Positions 48,443 to 54,470 of a stretch of 64,000 bases of DNA are shown piece by piece. This DNA is from Acidobacteriota bacterium (GTDB lineage Bacteria > Acidobacteriota > Blastocatellia > Pyrinomonadales > Pyrinomonadaceae), in contig JADKBM010000013.1 in NCBI GenBank assembly GCA_016715115.1, positions 423,475-487,474 of the forward strand. Direction: 5' to 3'. The translations under genes were made by a program, and so were the position numbers. Below the pieces are notes generated by a model that saw only the letters and a list, made by a program, of their open reading frames with translations, had not been told where the DNA came from and did not search any database. Position 1 is the first letter of the stretch, and every line of letters starts with the position of its first letter.

Positions 48443-49444
48443 TCAGGTTCCCGTCGAACCGTCGACGCTGTGCTTCGAATCGTCGGAAATATCGATCTCG
48501 GTCCAGTTTAGGCGCTTGACGAACTTTCGTTTGCGGACGTCGCAATCGGTTTTCGTGCAGATCTCGCAGGACGATTCAACGCAGGGGTCGGTGTGAACAA
48601 ACATCTCGATGCTCTCGCCGAATTTGGTGTCAATCAGCCGTTCGAGATCGTCGACGTCTTCGTGCGCATCTCGTGTGGTCAGATACCACGGCACCGTCAG
48701 ATGGCAGTCGATGTGCAGCGTGTTGCCGTATTTGATGATGCGGAGATTATGGAGGTCGATCCAATTGTCGCGGCGCGATTCTTCGAGGGTCGCGACGACC
48801 CTTTTCAGAAGTTCTTCGTCGGCCTCGTCCATAATCCCCGCGATCGAACCGCGGAGAATCTTGTAACCGGTGTAGATGATCACGCCGCCGAAGATCAGCG
48901 CGACCACGCTGTCAAGCCAGGCGAGTTTCGTAAACAGGATCAGGATGAGTCCGATGATGATGCCGATCGTTGAGTATGTGTCGGACTGCAAATGCTTTCC
49001 GCTCGCGACGAGGGCCAGTGAATTGTTCTTTTTGCCTTTTCTGACGGCAATGGCACCGACACCGTAATTGACGAAGGCCGTAATCGTGACGAGGATGATT
49101 CCGTAATCGAGCGAACCGATCTCGTGCGGGTGCCAGAGGTTATTGATGGCTTCATAAATGATCACGAGACCGGCGACGGCGATCAGTGTTCCCTCGATCG
49201 CCGCCGAGACGAATTCGACCTTGCCGTGACCGTAGGGGTGATTCGCGTCGCGCGGCTGGGCCGAAAGATAAAGACTGTAAAGCCCGACGAAGCCGGCGGT
49301 GACGTTGATCGTGCTCTCAAGCGCGTCGGTCAGGATCGCTACCGAATTCGTCAGATACCACGCGATGAATTTGATAACGAACAGCGCAACCCCGACCGCG
49401 GCGACGATCTTTTGAAAATTGTAGTTTTCTCGTGAGACTTCCAA
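48443..49444 (-). CDS. Cation diffusion facilitator (CDF) family metal efflux transporter with Cys-rich C-terminal tail
   Basis: The core matches CDF: IKFIAWYLTNSVAILTDALESTINV...HPYGHGKVEF...LQSDTYST. The start is uncertain (TTG at 49444 proposed). The ORF-track start at 49741 runs through the heptamer array. Confidence 0.7.
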   Translation of the reverse strand: MEVSRENYNFQKIVAAVGVALFVIKFIAWYLTNSVAILTDALESTINVTAGFVGLYSLYLSAQPRDANHPYGHGKVEFVSAAIEGTLIAVAGLVIIYEAINNLWHPHEIGSLDYGIILVTITAFVNYGVGAIAVRKGKKNNSLALVASGKHLQSDTYSTIGIIIGLILILFTKLAWLDSVVALIFGGVIIYTGYKILRGSIAGIMDEADEELLKRVVATLEESRRDNWIDLHNLRIIKYGNTLHIDCHLTVPWYLTTRDAHEDVDDLERLIDTKFGESIEMFVHTDPCVESSCEICTKTDCDVRKRKFVKRLNWTEIDISDDSKHSVDGSTGT

Positions 49445-49475
49445 GCTAATTTGATTGTAGATCGTTGAGCGCGAA

Positions 49476-49686
49476 TTGTTAATTTCGGATTCAAGATTCA
49501 AGAAAGATTTCAGATTCCGGATTCCAGGTATCCGGATTCCAGCGTTTAGGATTCCAGATTCCAGGATTCCAGGATTCCAGGATTCCAGGATTCCAGATTC
49601 CAGATTCAAGATTTCAGATTCCAAGAATTCAAGATTCCAAGAATTCAAGAATGATTCAAGATTCCAGGATTCCAGGATTCCAAGAG
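49476..49686. repeat. Heptamer array (GGATTCC / AGATTCC / AGATTCA family)
   Basis: Runs such as ggattccaggattccaggattccaggattccagattccagattcaagatttcagattcc. It lies upstream of the CDF gene start. Confidence 0.9.
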
Positions 49687-49965
49687 CCTGTCGGAAAAAT
49701 CGATTCAGTGTGCGGAGCAAACGCACATACGATAGCACCACGCGAAGCGGAGCGGAACGTGGTGTCAGCCGCGATCACCTCCAGCGAGCGTGTGAAACAC
49801 GCGGAACTGTTGCAAAAACGAGAGTTACGCGTGTTACACACGCTTAGGACGTCGGTTAGACAAGCCACCACGTTCCGCTCCGCTTCACGTGGTGTTATCG
49901 CAAGTTCGCGTGCTTCGCACGCTTGAAGAAGTAATGCCCGTTCCCAAACGGCTTTCTCCGACAGG
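49687..49965. repeat. About 279-nt nested palindromic element (possible structured RNA or MITE-like element)
   Basis: The outer arms are cctgtcgga (49687-49695) and tccgacagg (49957-49965). The 34-nt arms are gatagcaccacgcgaagcggagcggaacgtggtg (49731-49764) and caccacgttccgctccgcttcacgtggtgttatc (49866-49899), with 2 mismatches. At least four GCGTG-type mini-hairpins are present: tgtgcggagcaaacgcaca, gcgtgtgaaacacgc, gcgtgttacacacgc and gcgtgcttcgcacgc. Confidence 0.8.
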
Positions 49966-50085
49966 TTCCCAAGATCCAGATTCAAGATCCAAGATTCCAA
50001 GGATTCCAAATCCAGATTCCAAATTCCAGATTCCAGATCCGAATTCAAGATTCCAGAATTTCAAGGGTTCCAGATTGGGATCCCG
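49966..50085. repeat. Degenerate heptamer array (AGATTCC / AGATCCA family)
   Basis: ttcccaagatccagattcaagatccaagattccaaggattccaaatccagattccaaattccagattccagatccgaattcaagattccag. Confidence 0.85.
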
Positions 50086-50104
50086 AATCGCGTTGCAATC
50101 GCGT

Positions 50105-50213
50105 CGAGTCGGTACCATCTGCGGTAGCGGATGGTTGGTTGCGGCACTCGCGGACCGCAGTATTGATACCAACCTATCTTCAACCATCCGCTACCGCAGA
50201 TGGTACCGACTCG
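50105..50213. repeat. Perfect 33-bp inverted repeat with 43-nt spacer
   Basis: cgagtcggtaccatctgcggtagcggatggttg (50105-50137) and caaccatccgctaccgcagatggtaccgactcg (50181-50213). The spacer holds a small hairpin, tgcgg...ccgca. Confidence 0.9.
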
Positions 50214-50249
50214 TCCCGACCCCGCATACAAAGAACCCGTGGGTTTTTC

Positions 50250-50392
50250 AAAGCTCCAGATTCAAGATTCCAGATTGAAGGATCTCGAGTCCGGGCGTTT
50301 TAGATTTCTTGAATCGTGGAATCTGGAATCTTGGAATCGAAAATCCCAAATCCCAAATCCCAAATCCCAAATCCCAAATCCCAAATCCCAAA
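50250..50392. repeat. Heptamer arrays ending in (CCCAAAT)x7, abutting the xdhC stop
   Basis: ccagattcaagattccagattgaag...ggaatctggaatcttggaatcg, then 7 CCC tracts at 50345-50389. The final aaatca supplies the TGA of xdhC (50393-50395). Confidence 0.9.
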
Positions 50393-51421
50393 TCAGCGGT
50401 TCTTGACCGCGATGATCTCGGCCGCGATCGATATGGCGATCTCTTCAGGCGTTCGGCTGTTGATCGGAAGCCCGATCGGCGTCCGGATCCGTTTTAGCCG
50501 TTCGCCTTCGAAACCCTCCTTTTTCAATGAGTTCAGCAGAACCTTCATCTTGGCCTTGCTTCCCAAAACCCCGAAGTATTTGAAGTTCTTGTCAACAAGG
50601 CGACGGATGACGATCTCGTCGAAGCGGTATCCGAGCGTCATTGCGACGACGTAATGGTCCTCGCCGGAGTCGATCATCTGGTCGATCGACTCGTATGAGT
50701 CAATGATCGTTTTGCGATCCGCGAAGACGTTCTTCTCGACCGTGTTGAGTTCGTTTCGGTCATCGAACAACTCGATGTGAAAATCGAGTTTCGCCATCAA
50801 CTCCGAAAGTGCAAGCGCGCAATGCCCGCCGCCGACGATGAAAAGTCTCGGCTTTCGACCGATCGTTTCTTCATAAACGAACTTCGAAGCTCCGCCCTTA
50901 GAAGTTCCGCCGTATGGAGTTCCGCCTTCAGGCGGCCCTTCCTCCGCCACCCAGAACCCGATTTCCGACGAACCGAAGTCATCGGAGATCGCCAGCCCGC
51001 GTTCAGTGATCTTGAACCGGATCACCCGCGATTCGCCGAGCGCGTCGCAAATCGCACGTACCGTCGGCAGATCACCCGCGTCGAGCGCGCAGACGATCAC
51101 CGTCTGGCTTCCCGAGCAGATCATCCCGCTCGCGTCCGGAACATTCGGCCGGTGAACAAGCGTTTGGATTTTGGATTTTGGATTTTGGACTTCGGATTCG
51201 TCGGTGCGATCGTTGCGCGCTTGATCGACGAGCGCAACCTCCATCACACCGCCGCCGATCGAGCCAATCATTTCGTCATCGGCGACAACCATTTTGAATC
51301 CCGCGCGGCCGGGCGAACTGCCTGAACTCTCGGCGACGACGATCAAGATCGCGCGTTCGCCCGAATCCAGACGTTCGCGGGCAAAGTTCCAGAGTTCCGA
51401 TTCAAACCTCATTCGATGCAT
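50393..51421 (-). CDS. xdhC: XdhC/CoxI family molybdenum-cofactor insertion accessory protein
   Basis: ATG at 51421 (or 51412). The N-domain reads AILIVVAESSGSSPGRAGFKMVV and the C-terminal Rossmann reads RLFIVGGGHCALALSELM. It carries in-frame repeat insertions (QNPKSKIQ; PPEGGTPYGGTSKGGASK). Confidence 0.8.
   Translation of the reverse strand: MHRMRFESELWNFARERLDSGERAILIVVAESSGSSPGRAGFKMVVADDEMIGSIGGGVMEVALVDQARNDRTDESEVQNPKSKIQTLVHRPNVPDASGMICSGSQTVIVCALDAGDLPTVRAICDALGESRVIRFKITERGLAISDDFGSSEIGFWVAEEGPPEGGTPYGGTSKGGASKFVYEETIGRKPRLFIVGGGHCALALSELMAKLDFHIELFDDRNELNTVEKNVFADRKTIIDSYESIDQMIDSGEDHYVVAMTLGYRFDEIVIRRLVDKNFKYFGVLGSKAKMKVLLNSLKKEGFEGERLKRIRTPIGLPINSRTPEEIAISIAAEIIAVKNR
50882..50937. 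repeat. Intragenic (xdhC) 15-nt x3 tandem repeat overlapping the 22-nt hairpin element
   Basis: The sense strand reads GGCGGAACTCCATAC GGCGGAACTTCTAAG GGCGGAGCTTCGAAG (GGTPY GGTSK GGASK). GGAGTTCCGCCTTCAGGCGGCC at 50916-50937 is identical to 52359-52380. Confidence 0.8.
51167..51208. repeat. In-frame intragenic heptamer array in xdhC
   Basis: ggatttt ggatttt ggatttt ggacttc ggattcg (tcggtgc), translated on the minus strand as ESEVQNPKSKIQ. Confidence 0.8.
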
Positions 51422-51531
51422 TTTACTTCGTTTTCTGTCTGATCGCGACGGGTACTCGGACGTTGCCCGAACTGCGGGCCAACGCCGGAGCGCGGGTTGA
51501 AGAAGGCCAGATTGTGCGTTAAGGAAGTGTC

Positions 51532-51708
51532 TTTCCCGCGAAATACGCCAAAGGCGCGAAAAATGGCATTCTTTCACCTTGTTCTTCGGAAAATTCGCGG
51601 GAAGTTCCTTCAACCCAGATTACTCATTAAACTCAATTTCCCGCGAAATACCCAAAAACAACATCAAAAATGGCATTTTTGCGGTTTTGGCGTGTTTCGC
51701 CGGAAAGA
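51532..51708. repeat. Two tandem copies of a TTTCCCGCGAAATAC hairpin element between xdhB and xdhC
   Basis: Copy 1 is tttcccgcgaaatacgccaaaggcgcgaaaaatggcattc...ggaaaattcgcgggaag. Copy 2 is tttcccgcgaaatacccaaaaacaacatcaaaaatggcattt...gcgtgtttcgccggaaag. Confidence 0.7.
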
Positions 51709-51763
51709 GATTTTCTATTACGTAATTTGGGTTCAAATGCGTAAATTCGGATTTGGCCGACCG

Positions 51764-53980
51764 TTACGATCCGTACAGATTCATCAGGATCTTTTCCGGA
51801 GTCAACGGCGCGTCGAATGGCGGCAAACTCTCTTGATTGAATGCTTTGACGGCTTCGCGGAGGGCGAAATAGGCGCCGATGCCGTACATCAGGGGCGGTT
51901 CGCCGACGGCCTTTGAATTGAAAACCGCGAGATTTTCCTTGAGATTATCCAGCGAGACCACCTCGATCGTTTTCGGAGCCGAGTAAACATCGGGAATCTT
52001 GTAGGTTGAGAGCGCGTTCGAACGCAAACGGCCGATTTCATCGTAAACGACCTCTTCCATCGTCATCCAGCCGATTCCCTGAACGATGCCGCCCTCGATC
52101 TGACCGAGGTCGACCGCCGGGTTCATCGATTGACCGAAGTCGTGGCAAACCTTGACGTAATCGAATTCGTAGGTTCCGCGAAGGCAATCGACCGTAACGC
52201 CGACGATCGCCGTTCCATAAACGTGATATGCGAACGGATGGCCTTTGGCAACCGACCAGTCGAAACCGATTCCCGGCGTCGCGTAATGTGCGTGCTCGCT
52301 GAGATTGACGCGTCGCAAATGCGCCTCGTTCACAAGTTCGACCCAGCTCGGAGCGCTTGGAGTTCCGCCTTCAGGCGGCCTTCCAACCATCGATGCCTCA
52401 ACTTCCTTTAGCCTTTCAAGAATCGTCCCGCAGGCGATCGCCGTCGCCTTGCCGTTCAGATCGGCCGCCGCCGAAGCCGCCGTCGGCGACGTGTTGGCGA
52501 TCCGCAAAGTATTGGTCGTGTGGACCTTGATAAATCCGATCGGGATGCCGAAGACGTTCGCCGCGACCTGTGCGATCTTGGTGTTCACGCCCTGTCCCAT
52601 TTCGACCGCGCCGGTCGAAACCGCGACCGTTCCGTCGGTGTAAACGTGGACCAGCGAACGCGCCTGGTTCATCGGCGTTTTAGTGAACGAGATCCCGAAA
52701 CAGACGGGCTGGATGGCGACGCCTTTTTTCAGATACTTGCTCGATGCATTGAATTCAAACGCATCGCGTTTGAGACGTTCGAATTCGTATTTCGCGTCGG
52801 CCTGCATCCAGCTTGTTTCGGCCTCGGATTCAGCGATCTGGCCGTACGGGAATTCGTCGCCGGTCTTTAGGAGATTGCGGCGTTGGACCTCGTCTTTCGC
52901 GACGCCGAGCTTCTCGGCAGCGTGCGCGATCGCCGATTCGATGACGAACATTCCCTGCGGTCCGCCGAATCCCCGAAAAGCCGTGTTCGGCGGCAGGTTC
53001 GTCTTGCAAGAATAGGCGACGGCCGAAACGTTCGGGATAAAATACGAGTTCGAGCAGTGGAAAAGCGTGCGTTCGAGAACCGGAAGCGAGAGGTCGCACG
53101 CCGCGCCTGCGTTTTGGAAGAAGGTCACGTCATACGCGACGATCTTCAGATCGGCATCGAGCCCGATTCTGTAATCGGCCGAGTACGGATGCCGTTTTCC
53201 GGTCATCCGCATATCATCCATCCTGTGCAGCGCGAATTTCACCGGACGCCTTGTGATCTGTGTGCCGACGGCGCAAATGGCCGCCCAAGCGTTTGCCTGA
53301 TCTTCCTTGCCCCCGAAGCCGCCGCCGAGTCTCGTCACGTCGACCTCGATCAGATTCATCGGCAGCGCCGTAACCCTCGCAACCGCGCGCTGGACCGCCG
53401 TCGGACCCTGTGTCGACGAATAAACGCGGATTCCGTCGCTCTCGGCCGGAATCGTAAAGGCGCCCTGAGTTTCGATGTACAGATGCTCCTGGCCGCCCGA
53501 ATGGGTGCGGCCTTCGAAAACGTGCGCGCAGCTCTTGAGTGCCGATTCGGCGTCGCCGAGTTTGAATCGTTTCGGCGGCGCGATCAGGCTGTTTCTTGCA
53601 AATGCCTCGCGTTCATCGGTGATCGCTTCGAGCGGTTCGATCTCGACCGAGATCAGTTTCGCCGCGGCACGCGCCTGCTCGTCCGTTTCGGCGAGCACGA
53701 TGGCGATCGGCATTCCGCAGAAATGAACTTCGTCTTCCGCAAGCAGGGGTTCGTCCGGCAAGATGCCGCCGATCTGATTCTCGCCGACAAGATCCTTTGC
53801 GGTGATAACCCGTGCGACGCCTTTTGCAGTTTCCGCTTTGCTCGTGTTGAGGGCCGTGATTCGACCGTGGGCAACCGGCGAGTCGAAAACGCACGCGAAA
53901 AGCGTCCCTTCGACGACCGGAATATCGTCGAGATAAACCGATTCGCCGCGTACATATGATTTTGAGTCAAGGTTTTTCAT
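51764..53980 (-). CDS. xdhB: Xanthine dehydrogenase / aldehyde oxidase molybdopterin-binding subunit
   Basis: 738 aa. GESVYLDDIP..., GGGFGGKE and conserved Mo-hydroxylase blocks. It carries an in-frame 22-nt element (RPPEGGTPS). Confidence 0.9.
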   Translation of the reverse strand: MKNLDSKSYVRGESVYLDDIPVVEGTLFACVFDSPVAHGRITALNTSKAETAKGVARVITAKDLVGENQIGGILPDEPLLAEDEVHFCGMPIAIVLAETDEQARAAAKLISVEIEPLEAITDEREAFARNSLIAPPKRFKLGDAESALKSCAHVFEGRTHSGGQEHLYIETQGAFTIPAESDGIRVYSSTQGPTAVQRAVARVTALPMNLIEVDVTRLGGGFGGKEDQANAWAAICAVGTQITRRPVKFALHRMDDMRMTGKRHPYSADYRIGLDADLKIVAYDVTFFQNAGAACDLSLPVLERTLFHCSNSYFIPNVSAVAYSCKTNLPPNTAFRGFGGPQGMFVIESAIAHAAEKLGVAKDEVQRRNLLKTGDEFPYGQIAESEAETSWMQADAKYEFERLKRDAFEFNASSKYLKKGVAIQPVCFGISFTKTPMNQARSLVHVYTDGTVAVSTGAVEMGQGVNTKIAQVAANVFGIPIGFIKVHTTNTLRIANTSPTAASAAADLNGKATAIACGTILERLKEVEASMVGRPPEGGTPSAPSWVELVNEAHLRRVNLSEHAHYATPGIGFDWSVAKGHPFAYHVYGTAIVGVTVDCLRGTYEFDYVKVCHDFGQSMNPAVDLGQIEGGIVQGIGWMTMEEVVYDEIGRLRSNALSTYKIPDVYSAPKTIEVVSLDNLKENLAVFNSKAVGEPPLMYGIGAYFALREAVKAFNQESLPPFDAPLTPEKILMNLYGS
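52359..52380. repeat. 22-nt hairpin element inside xdhB, identical to the copy in xdhC
   Basis: GGAGTTCCGCCTTCAGGCGGCC (stem CCGCC/GGCGG, loop TTCA) is translated in frame as PPEGGTP. Confidence 0.85.
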
Positions 53981-53992
53981 TACGAATTAGAT

Positions 53993-54470
53993 GGTAGACG
54001 GTAGACGGTAGACGGTAGAGGGTAGACGGTAGACGGTAGAGGGTAGACGGTAGACGGTAGACGGTAGAGGGTAGACGGTAGACGGTAGAGGGTAGACGGT
54101 AGAGGGTAGACGGTAGACGGTAGACGGTAGACGGTAGACCGCCAACCTCTCACTGCTCACCTCTCACCTCTCACCTCTCACTGCTCACCTCTCACTGCTC
54201 ACCTCTCACTGCTCACCTCTCACTGCTCACCTCTCACTGCTCACCTCTCACCGCTCACCTCTCATTGCTCACCTCTCACTCACTGCTCACCTCTCACCTC
54301 TCACCTCTCACCGACCACTGACCACCGACCACTGACCACCGACCACTGCTCACTGCTCACCGCTCACCGCTCACCGCTCACTGCTCACCGCTCACTGCTC
54401 ACCGCTCACCGCTCACTGCTCACCGCTCACCGCTCACCGCTCACCGCTCACCGCTCACCGCTCACTGCCA
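53993..54470. repeat. Composite heptamer arrays filling the xdhA-xdhB spacer
   Basis: 21 units of GGTAGAC/GGTAGAG (53993-54139). Then CTCTCAC/TGCTCAC units (about 54147-54310), CGACCACTGACCAC units (about 54311-54347) and GCTCACC/GCTCACT units (to about 54470) that include the xdhA stop and last codons. Confidence 0.95.

Noticed and set aside
48443-49741. Long N-terminal extensions of tracked ORFs: CDF to 49741, xdhC to 51613, glycosylase from 59932, SH3 protein to 23178, small secreted protein to 13697, permease from 14674, QC to 58121, and GT-C from 33338.
   Set aside because: The extensions run through repeat elements or overlap the neighbouring gene. Internal starts give canonical N-termini (signal peptides, conserved family starts), often with an RBS.
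49687-50213. Annotating the inverted-repeat elements as mobile elements (MITEs or IS remnants).
   Set aside because: There is no transposase, no recognisable target-site duplication, and I cannot count copies from one window. They are kept as repeats with mobility only as a hypothesis.
50345-50389. Telomere-like repeat, or the end of a linear replicon.
   Set aside because: The unit GGGATTT only resembles TTTAGGG-type telomeres. The tract is interstitial, 45 nt long, and flanked by ordinary genes on both sides.
53993-54470. Possible CRISPR array (also considered for 27997-28355 and 59936-60129).
   Set aside because: The periodicity is 7-9 nt, with no unique spacers of 25-40 nt between repeats. 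There is no leader and there are no cas genes anywhere in the window.
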